From Rotaria socialis (taxonomy: Eukaryota), in assembly GCA_905331295.1 (NCBI GenBank), contig CAJNYD010000496.1:62001-126000 (forward strand): a DNA stretch of 64,000 bases, written 5' to 3'. The translations under genes and the position numbers were made by a program. The notes under the pieces are model-generated. The model searched no databases, was not told the DNA's origin, and saw only the letters and a list, made by a program, of their open reading frames with translations. Shown here one piece after another: positions 14,007-27,720 of the stretch (position 1 is its first letter; the number at the start of each line of letters is the position of its first letter).

Positions 14007-15722
14007 CCAATACTGACGTAGGTAGAAGGAAGAAAACGTTCTGTTGCTTTTCTTGCTTCTCGTTCTTTTTTTTTATACATTTATTCTTTATAATTTCTAA
14101 TAGAGATTTTCTTATATGAAAAATATATCCATTCGATATATGAGTAAAAGATTTTTATACTCATGAGCCTTAGTCATTTATTTAAGAAGACAGGAAATTT
14201 TTAAAAAATTTCACACCTATTTCTCTTCGTCTTCTGTCAACGAAGAAATATTTTGACAATGATCGATCTATTCACATCGATCTACAATAAAAAATAGATT
14301 TGATTCAATCCAACCTGTAAAAGTATTTTTTATATAGTTTACAAACAAATATGGATATCATTTGAGAATAAAATAGTTAAATAGTATATTCACATTAGAA
14401 CGATGACAAAATTCCTTAGGTTTTGCTTGTCAAGATTTTGTTTGGTAATCAGAGATAAATTTAATCTTGATTATAAAGTTAAATTGTTCGGATTTTGTGT
14501 GTTCGACGTTTAAATTTTGGCGTATAATATTTAAAAAGATCAGAAAAACAATATGGCAACAGTATATGTCAATAAATTTGAGATAATTCATATATAAATA
14601 TATACCAACACAATTAAGCCAATGAAAGAAATCTTAAAATAATTGTCAATAGGATTGTAAGTTTTTAAACATGAAGAATCATGACTCTTGAGAAAGCAGA
14701 AATACTTTAAATGAATCACATTAAGAATATGGAAGTAGATATTTTGTAGGATATAAAAGTTGAATATCAGCTATAGTTTATCAGTTGATCAAAACATTCG
14801 TTCTTCTTAGGTTTAACATTTTATCGCATAAAAAATTGAGACAAAAACATATCTATGTGTTCGCTTTTAAAACTGCTATAGTGTTTTTGCATGTAATAGG
14901 TATTATGCTTAGACTTGCATTTTATTCTAATACTCAATTTTTGTTTCAAGAAAAAACGATCTTTGTTAACGAAAGATTCTACTCAAATTTATGTTCTTCA
15001 AGTAGTTTTACTTTCATAATATAATAAATAAATCTCTCATCAACACAGTTCTATAATATCTATCATTCGTTATATTTATAAAACAAACATTTTCGAATTC
15101 TATTTTTTCATAAAAATCATGTGGTGTATTCATCCAACAGAAAATAAGATAGGCACAAGAAAATAGATAAGTGAAGAGAGTTCTATATTATTACACATCG
15201 ACCAGTGAGAAATACGCATATTTCTGTTTTCTTATCTCTTAGGTTTCTTTTAAAAACTTTTCTCAGTCTTATGACTTGATATGAGCAATGAAACGATAGT
15301 ATTCTATCAAATTCGCCTATCAGATATTTCTTATCAATGTCATAAGACTAATGGGCAAAATAGAGATAAAATCTACCCCTAAAGGAGAATAGCGCATTAA
15401 ATATATGACATTTTTCAGTTCAAACATAATTTATGTCAATAATGAATACAAGTGAATACAACAAAAAGGTATTTCTAGGATAATTCTTTAAGAAAGAAAA
15501 AACTTAGAAGAGAATCAAAGGAAGATAGTCAAGTTATTTTATTACTATTGAAGTAAAGTAAAGATGAAAGGCTTAAATCGAATATTGAAATCGATGTGAT
15601 GAAATATGATTAATCAAATTGTTAGATTATATTTGTTAAATTCAAAACTATTCTTATTAAAATAATTGGTAGTTTCTTTTGGCAAACGAATAAATGTTAC
15701 AGAACATATTTCTTCTTAATAG

Positions 15723-16289
15723 GATATTTCCAAAGTATTTGCTTTTCTGCGAGTTCAACTTCAAACAAAAGAAAAAGAATTACTTGATTTGCAACTAGCT
15801 GATCCATGTTTATTATCGCCTGACTCTGATCAGGTTAGTATGTTGGCAAATGCAATTAATTCTCTTCAGTTGTCCACTCAGGAAGGATCGTTTGTTTTTG
15901 CATCGGCTTCTGCTTCTGATGATACTTCATATTGTACAAATACAAAAAGTTGCTCCACTGATTTCAATGCTATAAAGTCTCTACCACCTTCAGTTTGGCT
16001 GTCGGAAACGAATCGAGTAGAACAGAAAAATCAACAACAATCATTTATATTCGCTCATCTTCTATCATTACCTATTGATGCGTATCTAGCATCAACGTCA
16101 CCATTATTAGGAACAACAGTTAAAACACAATACCGATCATTATGTCGTATTCCTATGGTTAACCATTTGCTCTTTATGCCTATTGACGCATTCAAAGTAT
16201 CTTCTAAGAATTCTATGCCGAATAAAATCAAAATGAATAACAATGCGTACGTATATTTTATTATTTTCTCTAATAAATTAAGTTTTTAG
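15723..16289 (+). CDS. Probable exon of an uncharacterised Ser-rich protein (partial model)
   Basis: Open frame after ttcttaatag acceptor (DISKVFAFLRVQLQTKEKELLDLQLADP...), about 190 codons; no recognised domain and neighbouring exons unclear. Confidence 0.35.
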   Translation, partial: DISKVFAFLRVQLQTKEKELLDLQLADPCLLSPDSDQVSMLANAINSLQLSTQEGSFVFASASASDDTSYCTNTKSCSTDFNAIKSLPPSVWLSETNRVEQKNQQQSFIFAHLLSLPIDAYLASTSPLLGTTVKTQYRSLCRIPMVNHLLFMPIDAFKVSSKNSMPNKIKMNNNAYVYFIIFSNKLSF

Positions 16290-18919
16290 TCGGCTCTGAG
16301 TAATCAAAAACAATAGATTGACTAATAGATCTAATTGAAAACTTAATGTACTTTCAATTAATATTCATGCTTAGTATATAATTCAATAGATGAACGAATG
16401 ATCAAAGCCTACTTTTAAAAATTAGCATGTACCTACAATTTGATTCTTCTTTCAGAGAAAACAATGATTCATCTTCAAGAGAAAAATCAAAGAGTATTTT
16501 GAACGATGAAATGATGCTATCCAAAGAATATTGGCTTAAAAAAAAGCAAAACTTATCATCGACAGGCTAAAACATCTTATTAACTTTGAAACAATGAAAG
16601 TGTCTTGAACTTCGAAAACTAATCCTTCATAAATCAAATCAATTTAAATAACAAACAAAATATGTGTAAATATTAATATTTGATGATTCCTCTCTCTTCG
16701 TAAATATATTCATTTTATCTTCTAGTTAAAAAAAATGATTAGTAATTTAATATATTATTTGTATTTATACCTTTTTTTTCGTTTTATTTTGAAGAATTAA
16801 ACAACCAAAGATTAATTGAATTCAAACATTATTATTTTTTCATTTAGCAAAGAAGTCATCGTACATTTGCCACAAATTCATCAGATAGAATAGAAGTCCA
16901 TGAAACATATTTCATTGAACGATAATACGTAAATTGTTGAATTCATATATGTGTATATAAAGCTTTTTTTTTATTAACTAAATATTCATTCGTTCTCAGA
17001 CTGTGGGTGTTGATAAAGACGAAGAACATGATGAGAATGATAACGACACCAGTCATCAACTATGTTCTCTCATTCTTTTTCTGCAGTGTATAGTTGCTCA
17101 TACCTTGATTGATTTCGTCTCTATATTTCTTTTTCTGTTTATTCATATATACTTATATATTTTTCTCACTGCAACTAAATGTTTCCCTATTCATTACAAC
17201 AATTCATTCTTTAACTGCTGATTTTTGTTCATCACACAATAAATCTTATGACTTACATTCGATTAAATCATATCTACATTTGAACTACAGATAGAGCATA
17301 AACATTAAATAGGTATGTGTTCGAAATAAAAAGTTCGAAATGGACATATGAGAGCTCTCCAGGAAGATTCTAGTTTTCTACAAGCCTGTATCCTAATCCT
17401 AATAAATTATTACCTATAAAAACAATTTATTCGATTGGACGAAAGATATTTGGAGTGCCCCGTTCTTTTTCTTGGACGACGAAACTATGCAACGGTTGGC
17501 ATCTAAAATTGAAGACTTAGTTTTTAGAAACCTCTTGACAGCGATTGAAAAATAAAACTATGAAAACGATCGTATTCATCTATGGAGAGAATATTTCCAA
17601 AAATTTACGGTTAAATTCCAGTTCGATTGGACCAAGTTAGAGCGAGAATCATATATAACCAAGATTGAGAAAATTGAGCTTAAATATTACGTTAAATACG
17701 AAGAGAACATTTCAGTATGATTACTATAAAGAAAAAACACCAACTATAATGTAGTAACTCTGTAAGAAAAAGAGCCTTTTAAAGTCAAATAATGTTTCTA
17801 GTTGTCAATGACAATTGAAAGCATTATAATCGGGATTGATTGACCATTAATTAGCTAAAATTGGACAAATCTTCGTTTTCTCATAGTAAACGTATTCCTC
17901 AAATGAAGCTGATGTTTTCATCTTGTTGTAAAATGATATGGGATCACACAACATATATTAAACTCGATATAACGCGTTCTATAGTATATTAGAATATAAT
18001 CAATCCATATTATTATCACTAGCCGATGAGTCGTAACATAATCTTTCACAAAACAAAAACAACTGTATCTAATAATATTATTTTTCTACTTTAGAGCGTG
18101 CTGAAAATATTTACAAATTAATATTATTTATATTTTGTACTATTATCAGTTGTAGACGTTTCAATCAACTCAAATAAATTTCTACCGACTCGAATACCAG
18201 TCAAAATCAATCCTGATATTTGACTTGATTTGGATTTCTATACTTTCAACAAAGATACAATTGGATTGATTAGTTTTCATGTCGACAACAGACAATCTTT
18301 GTGCAAGATATGGAAATAAAAATTAAGTTAAATCTAAATCTAATATTAAACTTGGATTGATTGCATCCTCTAGTCTCGAATATCAACTTCACCGGTTGTC
18401 AAATAGTGTCTATTGAATAATTTTTTGTGACTGATGATATTTTCAATGAAATATATGATTAGAAGATTATTTCTTTCAATAAATCAATATCTAAGACATT
18501 ACTAGAAGATATTATACAGAATAGTTAATTCATTAAATCAAATTGAAGAAAACGCTTAACATATTTTATCTCATATTTTCTATTGATATAATTTGACTTA
18601 TTAATAAATACTTGTTTTAAATTGATGTTGAGTATAAATTGACTTATAAAACTACCATGGAAGAGACGACTCAAAGCAATTAGAATCATTTTATTTTTAG
18701 AAAGAAACAATGATATGACAACGAACGCAATTTCTATTGCCATCTGTGAATATGCTAATGAAGAAAAATAATAGTAATTTGCAAATGTAGATCGAAATTT
18801 CTGTAGTTAAAATCTAATTTTCTAATCACTAGATAATAGATTGATTAAGTTTCTTTGCTTTGAGATATAATTAAAAACAAAAGTTCAAAACAATGAAGAT
18901 TTCTCTTTCAACAGACGTG

Positions 18920-19333
18920 TTATACAAGATGATATTGTCTAGTACGATTTATTTCTAATTGCTGGATTAACATTTGTTTATAATCTTTATACTGTTGTCG
19001 AATAGCATATTCATAAAATTGTCTATCACCATCAAGTAATGAATAAAGTGTTGTTAATTGTTCGCTATTGAATAATGGTAAATATTGAAGAAATGAATTT
19101 AAATCTATTGTAAGTAAACAAATGTCTTGATATTGAGAATTTTCTTTTGAACAAACAAGACAAGGTATTGAACCAGGTACATTAATAAGAATTTGTTTCG
19201 TTGATTTTCTTTGTCCATATAGCCAATATGAAAAATAATCATCAACAGTTTTTGGAAATACAGATTGTTTAATGCCCATCATAATACCAGCAGTTATATG
19301 AGAACGAACAAGACGATAGTCAGCTGCTTGCAT
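18920..19333 (-). CDS. 137-aa single-exon protein with C-terminal SARAH-like coiled coil
   Basis: ATG-initiated ORF with TATATAAAAG about 35-45 nt upstream; C-terminus QYLPLFNSEQLTTLYSLLDGDRQFYEYAIRQQYKDYKQMLIQQL resembles the RASSF/MST SARAH pattern. Confidence 0.6.
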   Translation of the reverse strand: MQAADYRLVRSHITAGIMMGIKQSVFPKTVDDYFSYWLYGQRKSTKQILINVPGSIPCLVCSKENSQYQDICLLTIDLNSFLQYLPLFNSEQLTTLYSLLDGDRQFYEYAIRQQYKDYKQMLIQQLEINRTRQYHLV

Positions 19334-20906
19334 TTCTTCTTATGTTGAAACAATAAGTTTTGCATTTCTTTTATATACTATGTAATGATATCTTTAATCG
19401 ATTTAATCATTTGACATTAATATGTGATGAACGTCAAAGAATCAATAGATTATTTCTCATCATTCATTCTCGCTGAATGAATGAAAAAGGAGAAGAAACA
19501 GAAACAAGGACAACATGCTGCTGGGAGATTCTTTGATTGTTTTATATTTTTTCTAAGTAATACGATTGTTGACTAGTTTAAATTTTAATTAATTAATTCA
19601 TTTTATGTCTTCTGAATAAACTTCTATCATCTTCGTTATTTAGTAAGTTTTTGTTTTGTTTTGCAAATATAAAAAAGCTTATTTTTGTAATCAGTCCTTT
19701 TTTTCATAGAGCCATTCAAGTGAATTTGACAAGAGTTTGATGTAACGATTAGTGATACTTCACAGCCATATTTTCATATTTTTTGTTTCTAGCCAGCTTT
19801 TGATGTGATATCAAGTAAATTTTCTTTTATCATAAATAGAAACAGTAGTTTGTTCTAAGAAAATATGTTCATATCATAAAGATTATAATTAACGAATAAG
19901 ATCAAAACACAAAAACAGACGTTCCGATTTATTATAAGAAGATCTACTTTCATCAAAACAAGGTTCATAGAATCAAGTTCGAATTCAAAACAGAGAATAC
20001 ATGTCAACAGATGTTTTGATGTATAGTTGTAATTATTGATGACTGTGACATGTACAAATAATTGGACAAGCGGATATGAGAAAACATCATTTCATGGCAA
20101 AGATTGTTTAAATAATTTTCAACACTCAAAAACTTTATGACATTTCTGTAACGTTAACAAAACAAAAATCGCAATATTCGATTCATTGTTTGTCATTGAT
20201 TCTTCCTTTCATGTATTTTTGCGAGTATTCTGGTATATTTTCTTTGGTGTCCTAGCTCTTAGCAAAAGAACGTCAAGTATAGAAAGGGCAAGAAAAAAAG
20301 GTCTCTCTATAGACGATTAATAGTCTTGTTGTTTGTTATTTAGTAAGAGAATGCTACTGATGTTTGCTTCATGTTATTATCGGTTGGCAAGAATACAATA
20401 ACGACGTATGTATCAGAATTCGCTCATTTTTCATTCTCATCTTGTGTTTTTTGCAATTATCATCAGTGAATGTTCTATGACATAAATTGAGTAGCAGAGG
20501 GAAAAAAGTAAGTTTTATCTTTTATATTTATCACGCATCTATGTGAAAATACAATTAGAATATCCATTGATATTTGTGTTAATTAATTTGATTGAATGAA
20601 TTATCGGTTTTATTCTTGTTCTTCTTTTTTTTCTTTCTTTCTTTCTTTCTTTCTTTCGTTCTTGGCCTCATCCTTATTGTAAAACGAATAAGAGGGAACC
20701 ATTGAAGGACGACTTTCTTCTGTTTTGCACCGCTGTATATATATATATATATATATATATAACTTAGATATGCAACAACATAATGATGTCTCACGATTGA
20801 ATGAACAATATATGTAGATATTTATTTTCTGATAATTATTGTTGTAGAATAATCGCGTTATCTCCATATTTGATGATGATGCAATAACTTCATAGATATA
20901 TATATA

Positions 20907-21168
20907 CAGTACTGTTCATAAATATAGAATCACTCTGAGGTCAGTTTTCTTTTCAATTTTTTTTCTTCCCCATATCACTTTTCTGCTCAAACCTACTCTT
21001 TACAATAGTTTTTGATATGCTCTTTCAGAATCTATCGCGATAGATTCTGAAAGAACATACCGAAAACTATTTTATAGAATAGGTTTGAGCAGAAAAGTGA
21101 TATGGGGAAGAAAAAAATTGAAAAGAAAACTGAATTCCACAGTGATTCTATATTTATGAACAGCACTG
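20907..21168. mobile_element. Fully palindromic Tc1/mariner-like MITE
   Basis: CAGTACTGTTCATAAATATAGAATCAC ... GTGATTCTATATTTATGAACAGCACTG; arms of about 130 bp meet at TCTATCG|CGATAGA (21037/21038); sits in a TA run. Confidence 0.9.
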
Positions 21169-22646
21169 CATATATACAGAGCCCGCGGAAGTCAATGTAG
21201 CAGACAGTTAGATCCATTGGAGAAAACAATAAAACATCTGCTTGAAGGACGACTATCAAATGCTAATTTAGGTAAGGTAAAATAAATTAAATGATTTTTT
21301 GAATAGAGTTATTATTATTGATGAGATAGATGATAAAATGAATTACTCTGAGCTCGTTTTTCGTTGCTATATGTCATGATTTTTTATTTGTATAAAAAAA
21401 ATCATTTCAGGATTTGTAGACAATTAACTGGCGTATTTCTTTTGTATAAATTATTCATAGCTGATATATTTCTATAAATAAACGATATGATTTGGTGTGA
21501 AAAATGTCAAGAAAAAAAAAGAACCGATCTTTCCCGAAACTATTTTTCTTCAATGATTACTATGCTCTCTTCTAAGTGGAAACACACATAAAACAGAGTT
21601 CTAGTCAGAAGTATGATCAGTTTTTGCATAAAACTTCGCTGAACGGTTATATCAGTGCGATGTTATTTCTTCTTGGACATAGGAACAGTGTTGATAGTTG
21701 TGCACAATATTATATTGTTATTGATACCTTGAATGAAGGCTTAGTAATATTTATTGATATTGAAACAAAATACTCAAATAGTTATTCTTTTTAAAATAGG
21801 AAAAGGATATTATCATTGAAATAATCGTCCATTATTTGAACATAACGAATTGAATACTAATCTTGATAGAATCTGTCTAAGCGAAAGACCAATGTGTGTA
21901 AAGTTTGGAAGTCAGACTTTACTATTTTCTTTTTGTGACTGAATCTGTGTTATATGAGTGTACAAACATGGCAAGAAAAAAGTCGTAGTAATATGAATAA
22001 ATAAATTTTTAGATATTGTTTTCAAATACAGAATCAAATTTTTTTTCCTTGACAGAAGTGACAGACAAACTTGTGGCGATGCATTGAAGGTTAATATGAC
22101 TCGAAAAGTTTTCTTCTCGTTTATTCGACAAGCGAGATCAATTTACGAATTTCTTTTAACATAAAAAATATGCTAAAACAAAAAAAACAGCAATACGACT
22201 CGAATTGATAAATAATTGTTTTATTGAACGTTAACCAGAAAAGTATGCAATGAACAAGCATTGTTGTTTCATTTTATTTTTGTTAGTCGAAGATAATTTT
22301 ATATCGTACTAAAGACTCATAAACTCACACTTAAATTATAATGTTTCGTAAATTGTATATCTAAAAAATGAGTACACCTCCCAAAATTTTTCTTATGGAT
22401 TCTTCAACTCATTTTTCTATTGAAGTTGACAAGTTTATGAAAGAGTAGATGTAAGTGGTGTTAGAAAGAGAAGTTAAATCGTTTCGATTTTCAGTCAAGA
22501 ATAAATTTACTTATGTTATTGTAAAAGAAAAAAAATCGTATATTCGTACCTTAATTTACAAAGAAATTTCTGTCAATAATTTTCTTATTATTAAAATATT
22601 ATAAATAAATAAATAAATAATTTTAGTATTAGTTTTTATCTTTAGA

Positions 22647-24603
22647 ATGAACATATTTCTGTTGTGTTCGAATATATTAATTTTATTTCCACTATTCATA
22701 CATTTTTCATTTGTCTACTCGTCAACATCATGTTCCATATTTCTTTCACTCAATTGTTCGTGTTTTGAATCAAATTTTGATTTAAATTCAACACTATTAA
22801 TTAAAACTTATTCACATTTATACTGTCAAGGAAATTTTTTAACTGAAAAAACTTTTCAAGCTCCATTTGGCTCTGATTTTAATCATCAAAACCATTTTCG
22901 TACCATTTCAATTGAATTTTTTACTGAAAATCAAATAGAAATTCAATCGAATCAATTTGATTCTTTAGATTTATTGTTTTCTAAAACAGATAATAAGTAT
23001 CAAATAAATATTTTTCTTCGGTTTAATGGATTTAGTCATATTATATTTCACAAGTATTCATTAACTTCAACAATATTTCAACAGCGACCCCAAAATAAAC
23101 GCTTATGGTTGTATTTTATACCGATGAGAAGTAATCTAACACAAGTAACAATTTTTGTTTTGTTTGTATTGTACGAATCGTTTTCTTTGATTTAGATTGA
23201 GCTTGAAGAAGAAAATTCAACTAATATTGAAGATCAATTTTATTTTTATCCAAATTGTTTTTCTGGTTTAACAGTTTCTCAATTAACAATTTATATTCAT
23301 ACGTTAGGAGATCGTTTCCCATCATTATATTCGTTTGAACAAATATTTAATAATACAAATATTGGTGAACTTCATTTTCATGGATCGATTATTCGCCCGA
23401 GTTCATCTTCATTAAAAGAATCATTTAATGGTCTTGTTCGATCGTTAACACTTCATCGTCATGTTGATATTATTGATGCAAATACGTTTCCATTCTATTC
23501 ACATGTTTATTCTTATACAATTCATTCAATTGAACCACATTCAATGAATCTCAGCTCATTTTTACCGTCTCATAGAAATTTTCGTGGATTAGAAATAATA
23601 AAGCCACGTTTTCAAATTACTATTGATCAATTTATTCCAACATTAGATTCATTAACAATCGATGTTGAAGATTTCAATTCAAAAACTCTTTTTGCTGCTC
23701 GTCATATTTATAATTTAAAATTAGGTTCAAGTCTTCGTACAATTGATCCTGAAACATTTCATTTATTATCTAAACGATTACATCATTTAGATTTATCTGA
23801 TATTAATTTATCTCAAATGAAATCATATTCGCGTTGTCATCTTATTAATTATCTTTCTAATAATTATCAGCATCGTGTAAATATAATTTTACCTCAAGTA
23901 GAAAATTTAACTAAATGTGATTGCGCACGACTTTTTATAAAACATATTCAATTAAGTGAAAATTTTAAAAAAATATACAATTTTTCAACATGTTCAAAAT
24001 TATGTTATTTTAGCGATTGTCCAACGATTAGTGAATATTTTAGAAAGGTTTATCCTTTATCTATTGATGAAAATTCGCTAAATGATAGTGATATTGAAAC
24101 AATGAATAATAGAAAATTTTCAAATGAATTTTTACCATCAATTGATATATTTTCTGATTCGGCAGATGTTCAAATGATGAATTTTCTTGTAAATCAAACA
24201 AGTGATCAAGAAAAAAATCTAACTCAAAGGTAAGAAAGAAAACAGAAGTTTTCCTTCAATAGAATTTTCTTATCGATCTACTTTTTATAGGCAATCAACA
24301 ACACCCATAGCAACTTTCATCGATGGTATTGTAGATAATATCTCGGTAATTGAAAATATTCAAGAATATGATGATATTATTACATTTTCAACGCCAAAAT
24401 TTTTCGAACCATGGAATAAGGAAGCTGTTCAACCAGAAAAAGAATTATTCTATCCGAACAAGAACCAATCTTTTTCTTGGCTTTTACTGTTTGTTGGCAT
24501 TGGTCTTGCACTTCTTGTTTTAATTATTGTTACTCTAGTTACATTTTTCTGTAGGCAACATCGAAGAAACCATTATTTTAAACATTTACCAGTCTATGCT
24601 TAG
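22647..24603 (+). CDS. Type I membrane protein with divergent LRR-like ectodomain (614 aa, 3 exons)
   Basis: Exons 22647-23144, 23196-24229, 24291-24603 join in frame; signal peptide, N-terminal Cys cap, LHHLDLSDINL and CDCA cap motifs, one TM helix, short basic tail. Confidence 0.8.
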
Positions 24604-25620
24604 ATTAGAAATATTATCATTTTTCTAATAAAATATGCCATGAACGTTTTATTTATTGTTTTTGTTCTTCTAATTGAACACAATCGTGTACATAGTTGTT
24701 TCACTCACATGGAACGAAATACAATGATTGATAAAATTATTCGAGAATTAATTTTTTTAATATTATCTCTTTAAGATAAATCTAAAACAATTTCTAGAAT
24801 ATGGTCAATTAAAACTAATAATTGTCAATTCAGTGATGATCATTTTGTATATTCTTTGTCATGTGCGATAAAAATTAAACTCATATATACTTAGAATTGT
24901 AAGAATATCTCTACAAGAAAACTTCGAGTACGATTTGACTCTAGAAATTAACAGCAAAACAACATTTATTTTATCAATGAATAATATCTATTTAAATGAA
25001 GAAAAACAATTTTCTATCATGAGAAGAAGTAACTTTTTTTCTTTACTGATAACAAAAAAATAAATGAATAATTAATACTTTCTCTTTTCTTTTGCTTTGT
25101 TCAATTTATAATTAATCATGTTGAGATATAAATTAGTTTCACACGTCTCAAATTTAATCAGTATAATTATGTTCAGTAGTTATTCGACATTTTATTTTTT
25201 CATAGAGCACATATGTTAATTCTTGTCCTATAGGCTTATCGCATTTACATTGGTAGAAGAAAACGTCCTTTTTTTTACATTTTTCTGTATAGATATGTTG
25301 TCATTCTTTTTCTTCTTTTGGGATTCGTACAGACATCCATCCTAGTCTATTCATCTTGTTTCTTCTCGTATTTATTCAACTAGATTGCTTCATGCGTCTT
25401 TTCTCTTTTCTTTACTATGTTAAAGCAAAAGAACGGCTACCACAACAAGATCGGAATGAAGACAATCGAGGAAAAACAAAGCTCGTTCGTCTAAAAACAA
25501 CGGAAAATAAATAACGACAATATCCAAACATCTTCTCCCACTCGAGATGAAACTATTCAGTTGGCTACTAATAATCAACCAATTATTTCAAATTTAGAGA
25601 ATAATAAGTTGAAATTAAAT

Positions 25621-26888
25621 ATGTTAGCACGTAAAACTTTAACAGAACATCGTTTAATGCAGTGGTGTGCAGTTATCTTGGCTCTTAGCACATTAATTTT
25701 AATCTGGCGTTATATAACAATATTAATTCTCTCGATTTGGTTATCAAGTATTTGTCGACCGATTCTTGAATGGCTCGTTATTCATTTGTGAGAATATAAA
25801 ATTTGAATCAATGTTTTAATATTTATTTCTTCTCTCACTAGACCTTTAATGAATCGATGTCGAGAAAAACGTTCACGGTCAGCAATAGCTGCATTTCTTC
25901 TTGTTTTTCTTGTTCTTGTTGTTATCTTACCCATCGTTTTAATAATAATCGCATTAACAGGTTCGACAATAAATTTTGTTGCAAGTTTATCTAATTCTAC
26001 AACAGTACGAAATGCAATTAATATAATTGTTCCACCTACAAATGATAATTCAACGGATTTTGGATTAAATAAAACAAATGATTTGAATTTTGTCGATTTT
26101 ATTCGTGGTGGTAAAAATACTACGTTGCATTTACTTGAACGTCTGCTGATGCAACGAGATACTATAACTGATGTTCTTCAGTTATTTGGTGGAAAAGCAT
26201 TATCAGTCCTATCAACAGTTGCTGGTGTAACAGCGCAAGTAAATGAGAAATTAAAAATTAAAAAATATAAATTAAAAATCTTTCTCTTTTTTAGTTTGTC
26301 ATTGGTCTTCTCATATTTTTGGTTTCAACTTATACATTTTTATTACATGGAAATGAAATTTGGACATGGACAATACATCATAGTCCATTATCATCGAAAC
26401 ATATGAATCGTTTTTATAATGCTTTTCATGAAACAGGTCGTGGTTTATTGATCGGTGTTTGTTTAACATGTGCTTTGCAAGGACTTGTTGCTGCCATTGC
26501 ATATTTATGTTTACAAATTCCACGATGGTATGCACTTGGTGTATTAACTGGTCTTTGCTCATTGATTCCAATTCTTGGTACAGCTATTGTTTGGATTCCA
26601 ATTACAGTTGGTTTTTTTATTCAACAAGCCTATGTAAAAGCAGTTATTATGATTACAATTGGCATTTTGGCTATTGGATCGATTGATAATTTACTTCGGC
26701 CAGTTTTTTCTAAGTTGGGCTCATTAAAAATGTCAACATTATTATTATTGTTAACAATTTTTGGTGGATTAGAATTATTAGGACCCTGGGGAGCACTTTT
26801 AGGCCCATTAGTTGTTCGATTAGCAACGGAAGCAATTATTTTGGTTCGCGAAGATGAATATGAACTATTAAATACTTTGAGAATATGA
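25621..26888 (+). CDS. AI-2E (PerM/UPF0118) family transporter, bacterial-type, 3 exons (385 aa from ATG 25621)
   Basis: Exons 25621-25787, 25842-26238, 26295-26888; motifs ALQG, SLIPILGTAIVWIP, IDNLLRP, GGLELLGPWGALLGP. The start is uncertain. Confidence 0.85.
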
Positions 26889-27720
26889 ATGTAAAAATCT
26901 TTCAATTGTACATTATGTGTTTTAAAGACACTAGAAAATAAATTCTTTCAAATAAATGGAAAAAAAACAAGTTGATTCAGATTATTATTGTGAATACAGA
27001 AAAATGATTTTCATGATAGATTCGTTTACTTTTAATTAAAAATTTCCACAACGAATTCTCATTTATTCATTCGACATTTCGAGACATTTCATTTTATTTC
27101 TAAATATACGATTTTTTCATTGTTTAATTCTGATAATAGTTTTCTTTTGAAGAGCAGAACATTCAAAAAATTCATGAATATTTCAAAGTGATTATTTCAC
27201 CAAATTTAAAGCTTAAAAACCATTTTCGTTCGGCGTCTTTGACAGGCGTATTACAAATCATTAATGCTTATTAAACTTATGATAATTGTCAAAGCATTAA
27301 AATGTTTATTATTTTCAGAATAAAAAAAGATTATCGATAAATATTTTTTTGTTGAATTATTATCTAATTTAAAATTTGTTTAGTACTCACGTGAGTTATA
27401 ACGGACAAAAACTGTCGGTACACCGCTCGACATAATGTGACCTATATTAGTACTATATCGATCGTTATGCTCTGATCGACGACAATCTACTCTTGACATA
27501 CAGGTGGTTCTTATGAATAGTTCGATATATTGATAACAGTTTAGAAACACATGTAAGATAGATTTATTTGAGTTTAGGAAAATTTGAAAACTTATTGATA
27601 AAAATTTATCATTCTCATTTTTATTACATTGATTATAGAACAAATAATAAACAAATGACGCTATTAATACTAGAAAGTAATATCGACATATTGAAAAGAG
27701 AAGAAAAGAAAAAACAGAAT

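Noticed and set aside
13880..14080. 66-aa ORF antisense to the tRNA
   Set aside because: It is the reverse complement of tRNA-Gln plus a TTTC microsatellite.
17320..18760. Possible transposon remnant followed by decayed minus-strand coding sequence
   Set aside because: No delimitable ends or recognisable domain; many stops.
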